DNA of 64,000 nucleotides from Candidatus Omnitrophota bacterium. GTDB lineage: Bacteria; Omnitrophota; Gorgyraeia; Zapsychrales; Zapsychraceae. Positions within the stretch are counted from its first letter, which is position 1. Each line of letters opens with the position of its first letter. The notes beneath the pieces were generated by a model that did not search any database, was not told the DNA's origin, and saw nothing but the letters and a program-made list of their open reading frames with translations. Location: the NCBI GenBank assembly GCA_015233115.1, contig JADFYJ010000010.1:5083-69082 (forward strand), written 5' to 3'. The position numbers and the translations under genes were made by a program. Below are positions 41,544 through 51,217 of this stretch, in pieces.

Positions 41544-43120
41544 GGATGGGACGCAAAAGGATAACCGTCCTGCCGGATATGACCTTTCGCAATCTGCAGT
41601 TTTTCAACAAATCGGTTTTTCTTAAAATTCAAATTCCATTCCTTGACAATACCCCAGCCTAAAACACGAAGCAGATCATTTCGCCAATAGCGATACCAAT
41701 TGATCCATCCCCGCTGAATATCATGAAAGAATATAATCACCGCGGGTAGCATCAAAATATCCAAACCAATTTTTAAAAAATATTTGAACTGATAAAACGA
41801 CGTCATGATTTGCTTCTGGGAGGCCTGCATTTCTTCCGCGGTCAACGGAGCATCCGGTTCAAAAATTGGAAAATTACCGTCATAAAATTCCCAACCAATA
41901 TAACGGATATCATAAATTCTTTTTTGCCGTTTAAGCCGCTCAGTCATTAACGTTCCCGGTAAAGGTACCGGAAGCAAAACTTGCACAGTATCAAGCTTGG
42001 CTTTTCGGATAAATGTTAAATAACGCTCAACCCGCTCTTTCGCTGTCATGGTAAAATGCGTACCTTCATCCAGAGGATATCCAAAAATAAACATGCCATG
42101 CACCAAAAACCCGAAATCATGAAAAATTTTAGTCAGCGCCAGCATATCTTCTGGTTGAATATGTTTATTCATGGCCTTTAATTCTTCAGCAATAGGCGAC
42201 TCATAACCAATACAAACCTTATTAATCCCCGCCTGATACATGGCTGAAAGAAGCTCCGGATCTTTGGCTTTATCCAGCCTAATCTGCGCCGTAAAATCAA
42301 GTTTTTTACCAATACGTTTTTGATAATCTTTAAGGATATAACAAAAACGGATCGTCTCATCCCGGTACTGTCCGAACAGATCATCCACAATAAAAAAATG
42401 CCGGGCATCCCGGGTCTCTACCAAAATACTGATCTGCGCCAAAAGACGTTCCGGTCTCGCCGGCCGCGGCTGACCCTTCACAGTACAAAATTCGCAATCC
42501 ATGCCACAGCCCCGAATTCTTTCTACAGGATAAATTTTTATCCGGGCATACCGTACTAAAGAAAAATCCGGTAAAGGCAATTGATCAAAATCAGCTAACT
42601 TTTCTCTTTCGCCGGTAAAAAATAATTTTCCATTTTTAAAATACGCGAGACCTTTGACTTGATCAATCTCTCCCTGGCCCATAATCGCGGCTAATAATTC
42701 TTTAATGACCAGTTCTCCTTCTCCGATAACGACATAATCGATTCCATGTGACAAAGCATCTAAAATATTATCCCCGGAAAAATGCTGACCTCCCGCGACT
42801 GTAATGACCCCTCTGCTTTTATAAAAACCAGCGACTTCATAAAGCCTGGGAACCGTGCTCGTTAATCCACCATAAAAACCGACCACATCCGCGGGTCTTT
42901 GCCTTTGCATGCGTCCATGATCCGGCTGGTCAAACTCGTCTTTGGGGGCATGCAAGGAAAAATTATTTTCATCAATAACTTCAGCATCCCAATTGGACAT
43001 TTTGTGGACGTTGGTGGCCACATAAACCGGCCCCAAACACGTTGTCATCCTGGCAATGTTCGAATAAACATTAAATGCCGGATAAGCAGGAATAACCATC
43101 CTAAATCTATATTTATTCAT
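41540..43120 (-). CDS. B12-binding-domain radical SAM protein
   Basis: AGGQH and VIGEGE N-terminal domain; RGCGMDCEFC; IGYES; PLPGT. Stop overlaps the glucan synthase start. Confidence 0.88.
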   Translation of the reverse strand: MNKYRFRMVIPAYPAFNVYSNIARMTTCLGPVYVATNVHKMSNWDAEVIDENNFSLHAPKDEFDQPDHGRMQRQRPADVVGFYGGLTSTVPRLYEVAGFYKSRGVITVAGGQHFSGDNILDALSHGIDYVVIGEGELVIKELLAAIMGQGEIDQVKGLAYFKNGKLFFTGEREKLADFDQLPLPDFSLVRYARIKIYPVERIRGCGMDCEFCTVKGQPRPARPERLLAQISILVETRDARHFFIVDDLFGQYRDETIRFCYILKDYQKRIGKKLDFTAQIRLDKAKDPELLSAMYQAGINKVCIGYESPIAEELKAMNKHIQPEDMLALTKIFHDFGFLVHGMFIFGYPLDEGTHFTMTAKERVERYLTFIRKAKLDTVQVLLPVPLPGTLMTERLKRQKRIYDIRYIGWEFYDGNFPIFEPDAPLTAEEMQASQKQIMTSFYQFKYFLKIGLDILMLPAVIIFFHDIQRGWINWYRYWRNDLLRVLGWGIVKEWNLNFKKNRFVEKLQIAKGHIRQDGYPFASHP

Positions 43121-43169
43121 AGGTATATTATCTGCAAATTCAGATATAGATAAATGGGCGGAATCGTTT

Positions 43170-46100
43170 TTATATAGACTTTTTTCGCACATCCACAATT
43201 AAAGGAAGGTGATCTGAGGCTAATTTTCCGAGGTCAGTCCGGGCGACAGCCACATGCGTTACTTCCAAATCTTCGCTCACGAAAACATGATCGATCCGGC
43301 CGATCGGATAATGACTAAACCACGTCGAGCGGGGACGGTGATGTTCCAGTTCGGTCTGGGCATCATTAAGAACTACCTTTATATCGCGGCAAAAAGCGGA
43401 ATTGGGAAGGGAATTTAGGTCACCGCATAAAACTACCGGGCCCGTACACGCGGGATGGCCTAACCACTCTGACCCCAATATTGCTTCAACTTGATGCGTA
43501 CGTTCCCAAGGTAAAACACTTAAATGAGTATTAAGAAATTGCAACCGCATATCTCCGATGTTGATGGCGGTCCACAACGCGCCGCGCGGCTCTGCCCAGG
43601 AATATTTCCCTGTGCCAGGCAAAGCTCCAGCACGAACCAGTTCCATGGGATAACGGCTTAAAATGGCATTGCCATACCGCTCTTCTTCAATCTGAAAAGA
43701 CGGATGAAAATGAACCATCATTTCTAATTGTTGCGCGATAATATGAGGTTGATCAACTCCCCCAGTGCGCGCCCGCTTCATATCTAATTCCTGAAGCGCG
43801 ACAATGTCAGGCTTAAGCCGGGCAATAACCCTGGCGATCCGTTCTGGCGAAATCTTGCCGTCGGTTCCAATACACCCATGGACATTAAAAGTCATAATTC
43901 GAATGGACTTATTAATGCCTTCATTCTGTTTGTAGGGAATAACATTGCCTATGAGCGTTTTGGCACAATCGCTTTCCCGTTCCAAAAATTGCAGGGCCGC
44001 TGTCCGCAAGTCCATAGTCACCACATATGGCTGGTTCTCCGACAAATGGACGACATCGGAAGGCAACAAAGCAAAAGCATTAGTTTCTTCCCAACCAGGT
44101 CCGGCATGAGACCCACTTTCAGAGGGAAAGGTCAGGTTTTTTTGACCCGGCCGGAATCCCATAAACGTAAAATTACCGGCATTAGGATGCTGGCATAGTT
44201 GAATAAGATCAGCGGTGACCGCCGCTAAATAAGGATGATCCTCTCCAAATATTTTTTTAGCATCCTGAGGTAATATAAACTCGCCATCCTCTCTCCACAC
44301 TCTAACCTGTCCATCTTCTTCCGGACGCATAACGACCGGGATTTTCGCCTGCTCAACTAATTTCCGTGCCAGTCTAACCTCATCATCCCTGCTCATTTGA
44401 GCCGGTAAATAGATATTACCCGTCGGGCCGATTGCCGTCACCACCAGTTTCGCCGCCTGTTCTGTGTCGTATGGAAGACTTGTATCCAATTTGGGAGTAT
44501 TTGTCTTGCCCAAAAACCTTACCCGTGTTAACTGGGAGCCAGTCGCCGCCGAAGGATGAACCACAAATTCAGATGAATAAAACTCCTTGAGTATTTCTAC
44601 CACAGCAGTTTCAACACTCCGGCCATATTTTATATGATATGAATCCGCCTCTTCTTGACCATGATCCGAATAAATCCAGACATCATAACGGCGCAGAGAA
44701 GAATGCATGGCTGTATTATAAATATTCTGGATAGCCCGGTCGATCCCTGGTAAAGTCCAACGAGCGGATCTTGATGACGGACCGCGATTATGAGAATGCT
44801 CGTCATAACCCAATAAATTAAAATGGATAATCGGCATACCGCGGGCCAGGTCCATCTTGACTCCCAAAATCACCAGTTCCCGTAACATCACACTTATTAA
44901 AGCGCGCAGATAAATAAATTTTATTTCATTTTTAAAATTTTTTTCCGCGAATAACCGCCAGCCATAATCTATGGTGCCTAAAATAATTTCCCAGCCCATT
45001 AACACAATCATCCGACCAAAAGCGAATAAATGCGTCGTAATTAAAACGGCTAAACTCCAAAGATTAAAATCTTTCCAAATTTTATTCCACCCTAAAAGAG
45101 CCGCACAAAAATGAGCTTCTTTTGCTCCTCCGGTAAAAATGTTTGAATACGAACTTCCGCCATCTAAAAGTCCCGGCCCCGTTAGAGCGAGACGACGTTC
45201 GATTTCGCTGGCCGCATCCCCATCATACATGGTGAATACTTTTTGAGTGTCCTGATCCCTAAATGAAAACGCGGGCACGCTTTGTTTTTTTCCATAAAAT
45301 AATTCTCCCTGAACCGCGGCGGTATTAGAAGGAAGGCCGGTATAAAGGGGATATAGTTCATACTGCTGCCGCGCTAATAGATTTTTCAAAAAAGGCATTT
45401 TATTGTCGGTTAGCGCAATTTTGAGCTGTGTTTGTGAAAATCCGTCGATTTGGATCATGACCAAACCCGGACAACTAGCCGTGTTCCCGCTTTTTAATAC
45501 CGGCTTTTGGGCGACAGTGGTCGCGTCCGACATAGCCATTCCCGTAGCTTTCATCATATTTTTAAACATTTCCCATTCGACTTTTAACCGATTGGCCAAA
45601 GCATGCCACGCCGTATCTTTCTCCTCAGATAAAATAATTTCTTTTTTTAAGACTTCTTCATACACCCTAAGCATTTTGGGGGCACACACCTCAATCGAAA
45701 ATTCTTGAACACTGATCCGTGCCTGTTGTTTCATCCGAAGATATTCTTCGTAGGGCTGATTCACACATCCCTGCAATGCCTCGACAAAATCGCCCTGATC
45801 CTGATGAAAAATTAACCGGCCATTATCCTGGTCTTTCACCACTTCCCTGACTCCTGTGGCGTCCAGAGCGACCACCGGCACGCTGGCAGCCATTGCCTCC
45901 AGAAGTACAATACCCTGTGTTTCACTCAGTGATGCGAAAGCAAAAACATCCATGGCATGATACGCGTCAACCAAATCCTGACCTTGCAAAGGACCAAGTA
46001 ACCGCATTCGTTCTCCTACGCCTGCTTCATGAAAAATTTTTTTGATGTCTTCTTCCAACGGCCCATTCCCGACCAACATCACATAAGCAGATGGATTTTT

Positions 46101-46784
46101 TTTCAAATATTCTGTTGTACACTGACTCAAAAATTCCAAATTTTTTTCTATAGCTAACCTTCCGACAAAACCAACCACCTTGGAGTTAAGGGGTATTCCC
46201 CAACGTTTGCGGATCACGCTTCCTTGTCCGTTGGCAAATTTTTTTAAGTCAATCCCTGTTGGCACAACCGTAATCGGCGACAGCACACCGCGCTCCACCA
46301 AGAGATCCTGGACGCTTTGGCTGGGAGCAATCACCTGGTCAGCCAGATTAGCATAACCGGCAGTCAATTCTATGACAAAACGCCTCATGCCTTCGTTTTG
46401 AACCGGAAGATAATGCATGTGATGTTCAAACATGGTGTGATAGGTAAACACTAAAGGGATATGATTTTGCCGGCATAAACGCAACGCAATGTCACCCATC
46501 CAAAACGGATGGTGGCTATGAACAATATCCGGCTGATACTGTTTCATCAATTCCGGTAAAAGACCCGACATGGGCAGAGCCATGGAAAAATTCGAATGAT
46601 TAAAATTTTGAATAGCTCTTATGCGCACCACACCTTCTTCATCAGGAGGCGCTCCTTCTGCTTCCGGTGCGACAATAATAACCTGATGCCCTAATTTTTC
46701 AAACCTATCCGTGAAGGATTGTATCGACTGCTCAATCCCTCCCACCATAGGAGTAAATGAATTGGTCATCATCAAAATTTTCAT
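43170..46784 (-). CDS. Triple fusion: GT4 glycosyltransferase + alkaline-phosphatase-superfamily domain + EEP (endonuclease/exonuclease/phosphatase) domain
   Basis: GT4: HSHHPF, FVGRL..EKN, ETQGIVLLEAMA. AlkP: QIDG, PSNT, DEHSH, SDHGQ, GSH. EEP: TFNV, LQE, NTHL, GDLN, IDH, SDHLP. Confidence 0.88.
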   Translation of the reverse strand: MKILMMTNSFTPMVGGIEQSIQSFTDRFEKLGHQVIIVAPEAEGAPPDEEGVVRIRAIQNFNHSNFSMALPMSGLLPELMKQYQPDIVHSHHPFWMGDIALRLCRQNHIPLVFTYHTMFEHHMHYLPVQNEGMRRFVIELTAGYANLADQVIAPSQSVQDLLVERGVLSPITVVPTGIDLKKFANGQGSVIRKRWGIPLNSKVVGFVGRLAIEKNLEFLSQCTTEYLKKNPSAYVMLVGNGPLEEDIKKIFHEAGVGERMRLLGPLQGQDLVDAYHAMDVFAFASLSETQGIVLLEAMAASVPVVALDATGVREVVKDQDNGRLIFHQDQGDFVEALQGCVNQPYEEYLRMKQQARISVQEFSIEVCAPKMLRVYEEVLKKEIILSEEKDTAWHALANRLKVEWEMFKNMMKATGMAMSDATTVAQKPVLKSGNTASCPGLVMIQIDGFSQTQLKIALTDNKMPFLKNLLARQQYELYPLYTGLPSNTAAVQGELFYGKKQSVPAFSFRDQDTQKVFTMYDGDAASEIERRLALTGPGLLDGGSSYSNIFTGGAKEAHFCAALLGWNKIWKDFNLWSLAVLITTHLFAFGRMIVLMGWEIILGTIDYGWRLFAEKNFKNEIKFIYLRALISVMLRELVILGVKMDLARGMPIIHFNLLGYDEHSHNRGPSSRSARWTLPGIDRAIQNIYNTAMHSSLRRYDVWIYSDHGQEEADSYHIKYGRSVETAVVEILKEFYSSEFVVHPSAATGSQLTRVRFLGKTNTPKLDTSLPYDTEQAAKLVVTAIGPTGNIYLPAQMSRDDEVRLARKLVEQAKIPVVMRPEEDGQVRVWREDGEFILPQDAKKIFGEDHPYLAAVTADLIQLCQHPNAGNFTFMGFRPGQKNLTFPSESGSHAGPGWEETNAFALLPSDVVHLSENQPYVVTMDLRTAALQFLERESDCAKTLIGNVIPYKQNEGINKSIRIMTFNVHGCIGTDGKISPERIARVIARLKPDIVALQELDMKRARTGGVDQPHIIAQQLEMMVHFHPSFQIEEERYGNAILSRYPMELVRAGALPGTGKYSWAEPRGALWTAINIGDMRLQFLNTHLSVLPWERTHQVEAILGSEWLGHPACTGPVVLCGDLNSLPNSAFCRDIKVVLNDAQTELEHHRPRSTWFSHYPIGRIDHVFVSEDLEVTHVAVARTDLGKLASDHLPLIVDVRKKSI

Positions 46785-46805
46785 ATCATGGGGATAATAA
46801 AGACC

Positions 46806-49064
46806 CTATTTATCAAACTCATAAAAACTTGTTTTTGCTGGTACAGTAATTTTTGGAAAACCAGTCAAATAAATTTCCATCTCTGGTTCTTTGGTAAACC
46901 ATGTCCCCTGCCATTCAACCATAATTTTTTGCCCTACCGGCTTTATCAAAATTTTAATATCTCCAAAACTTGTTGGCGCGGGGCCAAAAATCATATCCGT
47001 TTTGGTGTCGAGCCAGGTTTGCGGGATTCCTGAACATAAAATCAACCGGCCTTGTTCTTCACGGACAAAACAATTTCGAATCATGAGCGCCCATTCAGCG
47101 GCTGCCCAAACGTGCTGTCCATCACCCATACATCCGCCCAAGGTGCGGGGATGAATCGCTTCAGGCCACTGTCCAGTCGAGGTTGCGCCATCCGCAACCG
47201 CTGTCATAAGTTCAAAATACCGAGGATCGCCCGCGCGTAAAAAAGTTTGGGCTAAATGTAAAGTCAAGTAAGGATTAATGCCTGAATGAGTCATATCATG
47301 AAAAAACCCGCCTTTTACTAAACAATTCTCCATTAAAAAATTTGCCGTTCCCAAAACTCGCTGATCATGGGGCTTTAAAAGCCGAAGCGGATAGCTGGCA
47401 GCCAAAGAACCAATGGCCCCTGAATCTAAACGGCGGTATGGCGACGCTGGTATAGACTCATTTTTTATACGGTCTGCTGCTTTTAATAAACTTTTATCAA
47501 TACTGTCCGACAGAGCGTAAGCTTCATTTTCAAAATCCACAGCCTGATTGTGATCATGATACCCTTCACATAAGTATGCCGCAGCCTGCAAACCTGATAC
47601 GGACCAAAAATCATCCCAAAAATAAAAATCGTTCGGTCCTAAATGTTCAGCGCTAAAGCCTGACGGCATTAATCCAGCATGGACAAATTTTAAATCTTTA
47701 GACAACCTTTTTTTGACAATCCACCTTCCTCCTTTATAAATGGACTCTTTCCATTTTGGCGATGGCGCTTCGCCGGTCATTTCGCAATATTGACGCATAA
47801 TCCATAACGCTTCCCCATTCGAATCCCACTCTCCTTCTTGGGAAAGAAAATAGCCTGGGGGCGTTTGTCTAGACCGAAAAGTCTCTAACGCCCTGGCTAC
47901 CCGTCTTTTAAACCCTGTGCACAACAAAGCATATAAAATAAAAGCCGCGTCCCTAAACCAAAATCGTTTATAAATATACGGGCCAGGATAAACCTCATGA
48001 GGGGAATGTAAAATCATGGTTCTAACGGCAGTGTCATAAAGAAATTGAAAATGCTGATCAGGAATTTGCAAAGCACACATTCCACTCAAACTTTGATCCC
48101 AGGCTTCCTCAGCATTTTCCTGGTATTCTGCCACTTTCTCTTTTACAAAAACATTTTTCGTTAAAGGAATTGAAACCGTAACCTCCCGATTCAATTCTGG
48201 TTCAAGTTTAAATAACGCGGCGGCAGTGGCCATACCGACTTTGCAAAATACTCCCGGCTCATCGTCTTGAATTGACAACCGCGTATAAACATCCCCTTGG
48301 TGATAATAAGAAAAAATATTGCGGTCAGGAGGTTGATCAAAATCTATCTGGTCTTTTTCATTGACTTGCCAGCTTGAACGATCAGCCATCACTTTGATAT
48401 TATGGACAAAACTGACACCTTCCGGATTATACGGACGCAAAGAAATGACCAGCCATCCCGCCGACGGCATGGTTCCTGAAATGCGAATTTGACATACCGG
48501 GCATAAAGCCGTTCCCACCATTTGCACTTTATTCTGAAGTTTTAATTGGTCCTGCTGGCATATGGTTATAATACTTAAATTTTTGTCACTCATGAAGTGT
48601 TGCGACACCTCAAGCAAGCGGGAAGGGAGTAAAGGCGTTCCTTTTTCCGGAATGAGCCACGCATCAATCGACCAGCCATCGTATAACGGCGTCACTAGTC
48701 CCCGTCCGTCAACAATGGAATATTCATTGCTGTCCGGAATACCTACTGCTGTCCAGTTGCGATGCGTCAAATTGATTTGGGTTAAAGAAAAAGCCCGGGG
48801 AATGAATGCGTCATTACGCGGATCATACTGACACTCAATCCAATATGGCCAAATCCAATCTAAATTATGTTGAATAGCCAAGCTATTGATCAAGCCCCGG
48901 CTGTGCAACACAACTCCTGAGCGCAACAATTCTGTAGGCGCGGTTACTTCTGATGGTTGCGCAAAATTTTGTAACTGAGCTAAAATTTTAATTGGATCTA
49001 AAAACCCGTGTTTGCGCGCCGCACTGCGAATCAGATATCTCCAAGGAAGCCATTTGAGCCACAT
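46806..49064 (-). CDS. Six-hairpin glycosidase-like protein (GH15/GH63-like)
   Basis: YKRFWFRDAA, GEWDSNGE, SAEH, WDDFW, GQWPEAIHP, GDGQH.WAAA. Confidence 0.7.
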   Translation of the reverse strand: MWLKWLPWRYLIRSAARKHGFLDPIKILAQLQNFAQPSEVTAPTELLRSGVVLHSRGLINSLAIQHNLDWIWPYWIECQYDPRNDAFIPRAFSLTQINLTHRNWTAVGIPDSNEYSIVDGRGLVTPLYDGWSIDAWLIPEKGTPLLPSRLLEVSQHFMSDKNLSIITICQQDQLKLQNKVQMVGTALCPVCQIRISGTMPSAGWLVISLRPYNPEGVSFVHNIKVMADRSSWQVNEKDQIDFDQPPDRNIFSYYHQGDVYTRLSIQDDEPGVFCKVGMATAAALFKLEPELNREVTVSIPLTKNVFVKEKVAEYQENAEEAWDQSLSGMCALQIPDQHFQFLYDTAVRTMILHSPHEVYPGPYIYKRFWFRDAAFILYALLCTGFKRRVARALETFRSRQTPPGYFLSQEGEWDSNGEALWIMRQYCEMTGEAPSPKWKESIYKGGRWIVKKRLSKDLKFVHAGLMPSGFSAEHLGPNDFYFWDDFWSVSGLQAAAYLCEGYHDHNQAVDFENEAYALSDSIDKSLLKAADRIKNESIPASPYRRLDSGAIGSLAASYPLRLLKPHDQRVLGTANFLMENCLVKGGFFHDMTHSGINPYLTLHLAQTFLRAGDPRYFELMTAVADGATSTGQWPEAIHPRTLGGCMGDGQHVWAAAEWALMIRNCFVREEQGRLILCSGIPQTWLDTKTDMIFGPAPTSFGDIKILIKPVGQKIMVEWQGTWFTKEPEMEIYLTGFPKITVPAKTSFYEFDK

Positions 49065-49083
49065 TTTTTTATCCTTTGAAAGG

Positions 49084-49229
49084 CATGTAGCATGTCGTAT
49101 GTAGTATGTAGTAAAAACGTAAAGTAAAAAAACATAAATATTTCTTTAAAATTTGGTTATCAAGTTTTTGCATTTATTTTACACCAATCGCTTGTTCGCC
49201 ACATGCTACATGCTACATACGACATACTA
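49084..49229. repeat. Inverted pair of heptamer tandem arrays flanking a ~90-bp AT-rich spacer
   Basis: CATGTAG CATGTCG TATGTAG TATGTAG on the left; ACATGCT ACATGCT ACATACG ACATACT on the right (reverse-complement units). Confidence 0.85.
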
Positions 49230-49265
49230 TTTTTTAAACACCAACCATTTAAACCTATTCATCGA

Positions 49266-49991
49266 TTATTCGTAAAGATCAACTTTTATTTTAGTCTTCA
49301 TTTTTTCTTCATCGCCCTTTCTACTTTTCATAGTCAAAAGGTAGTTATGTCCAGCGCCACCCAATAATTTCAAAGGAACCCTTGCCTGATCTTGGCTGAT
49401 CCAAACTTCAAATTTCCTCGGATCACTAACAAAATGATACGCTTTATAAATACCAGCTGGAATTTTGATCTCCTCAATTGACGCAAGCGTAATTTTATAA
49501 GCATCCGGCAAATACGTGTAATACGTCCACCCCAATCCAGGCGCAGAAACAGTCCGCAAATAAAACGGCAAAAGTACGGCACTTTGAATCGCGCCTTTAG
49601 CCTTGAAGTGATACTCCTTGATCACTCTCTCTCCCTTATATTTTTTTATGACTACCGAGCAAGCATCCGCAGAATACTCCTCAATAATATGCTCTTTTAC
49701 AAAAAGAAATTTTATTTGCCGTTCTACTTTGACCGGTAAAAATTTGACAGGATCAGCATAAATTTTTTCGAGATCATCAAACCCAAAAACATGCGTTCTA
49801 AAAGTGATCAATCTCACTGTTTTTCCGTCGAGCTCAGTCAATCCCCAATCGTTATATTCTGCTATTCCCAAACCTGCTATTTTGTAAATAATTTTTTCCA
49901 CCGAATGATCGACGGCGAAACTTTGCTTTGTCCACAAAAAACCAACGGCAAAGATTATAAAAACCACGAAAGTAATAAATAGTTTTCTCAT
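49266..49991 (-). CDS. Secreted DUF3108-like protein
   Basis: Signal peptide; EEIKIPAGIYKA...VWISQDQARVPLK. Confidence 0.65.
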   Translation of the reverse strand: MRKLFITFVVFIIFAVGFLWTKQSFAVDHSVEKIIYKIAGLGIAEYNDWGLTELDGKTVRLITFRTHVFGFDDLEKIYADPVKFLPVKVERQIKFLFVKEHIIEEYSADACSVVIKKYKGERVIKEYHFKAKGAIQSAVLLPFYLRTVSAPGLGWTYYTYLPDAYKITLASIEEIKIPAGIYKAYHFVSDPRKFEVWISQDQARVPLKLLGGAGHNYLLTMKSRKGDEEKMKTKIKVDLYE

Positions 49992-49993
49992 GT

Positions 49994-50440
49994 TTATTTT
50001 TTTCGCCCCTCATATTTACTTATCACCCACAATATTAAAAAATAAAACAAAACCCCCGCTAGAATAGCGATAAGCATACTGCCGACGAATAACGGATAAT
50101 ACAAATGAAAAAAAACCTTATAGGAAAAATGCCTGAAAATTTCCCAATTCAAAACGGGATATTGACTTCCCAGGATACCTCTCCCAACGCTATATCCTGC
50201 CCACGTTATAAAAGGAAAAGTCAGAATCGAAGAAAAATTAGTCCCTATTAAAATCGCGATTTTATTCACCGGTTTTATTAAAATGGCCACAATAATAACT
50301 AAAATTGTGTGGAAACCATACAAAGGAAGAATGGAAATAAATACTCCAAGAGCAACACCCAACGCAATTTCTTGGGATGAATTATTTAACTGCAATATCC
50401 ATCGCCATCTCTCTCTTATGGTCTGACCTTTTGTGGTCAT
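49994..50440 (-). CDS. DUF2062 membrane protein
   Basis: IALGVALGVFISILPLYGFHT, N..AILIGT, YSVGR; ATGA overlap with the GNAT stop. Confidence 0.85.
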   Translation of the reverse strand: MTTKGQTIRERWRWILQLNNSSQEIALGVALGVFISILPLYGFHTILVIIVAILIKPVNKIAILIGTNFSSILTFPFITWAGYSVGRGILGSQYPVLNWEIFRHFSYKVFFHLYYPLFVGSMLIAILAGVLFYFLILWVISKYEGRKK

Positions 50441-51153
50441 AATTCTTTCCCCAAAACATAACATGTCACTTCCTTCCCCAAATAAACTTTCAAATAGGTC
50501 CGCGGACTTTGATAAATAACCCGAAAACCCATAGACACAAAAAAATCTTTAGCAATCTCGGAAATCGTTCCCATATGCACCGCTTTGACCTGAGCATTTT
50601 TCAAATAGTCCAGATAGGCGACCAGTAATTTTTTCCCCACCCCTTCCCTGCGGTATCCATGCTTCACATTAATATGCAATGTGGCTGGAAATTCTTTCGT
50701 AAAATTCGGCATTACAAACTCACCCTTTAATGCGCCCTGCAAAGACTGAATAAAAAATTTTAAGTTGGCTTTTCTCAAAAAAACACCGCGTTGTAACGCT
50801 TTCATAAAAAGCGGCAGCATAGTTTTACTGCTGATTTGGTTATGGTTATGGAGATCTAGCGAACCAATAATGTAACCGACAACTTTTCCTTTCATATCCG
50901 CCACATAACAGGATTCTGGCTCAAAATCCACATAAGATGACACTAAGGCATCCGCTAAAACTTCATCATCGGTAAAAATATTTCCCCGGGGCAATTCCAA
51001 AAACGCGGTTTCACAGCTAATCCGGCGCACATGCGGACGGTCTTCAATACGATATTTCCGTATCGTAACATGCCGCTTAGCAGACCGGATACTTCGGTCT
51101 TTATGTAAATTTAGTTCTTTTTGAGGGAAAATATCTTGGGGCTGATTAATCAT
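50437..51153 (-). CDS. GNAT acetyltransferase
   Basis: VVGYIIG, FPATLHINV...YRREGVGKKL, FF..MGF. Confidence 0.85.
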   Translation of the reverse strand: MINQPQDIFPQKELNLHKDRSIRSAKRHVTIRKYRIEDRPHVRRISCETAFLELPRGNIFTDDEVLADALVSSYVDFEPESCYVADMKGKVVGYIIGSLDLHNHNQISSKTMLPLFMKALQRGVFLRKANLKFFIQSLQGALKGEFVMPNFTKEFPATLHINVKHGYRREGVGKKLLVAYLDYLKNAQVKAVHMGTISEIAKDFFVSMGFRVIYQSPRTYLKVYLGKEVTCYVLGKEL

Positions 51154-51217
51154 TCTTCTCTCCTTTAGTATTTATACTTTAAATATAAAGGCCGGAAAGA
51201 ACAATGGCACTAAGGTA

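Noticed and set aside
7591-49229. CRISPR array
   Set aside because: The repeats are 7-8-bp tandem units or coding duplications; no 25-40-bp repeats with unique spacers and no cas genes.
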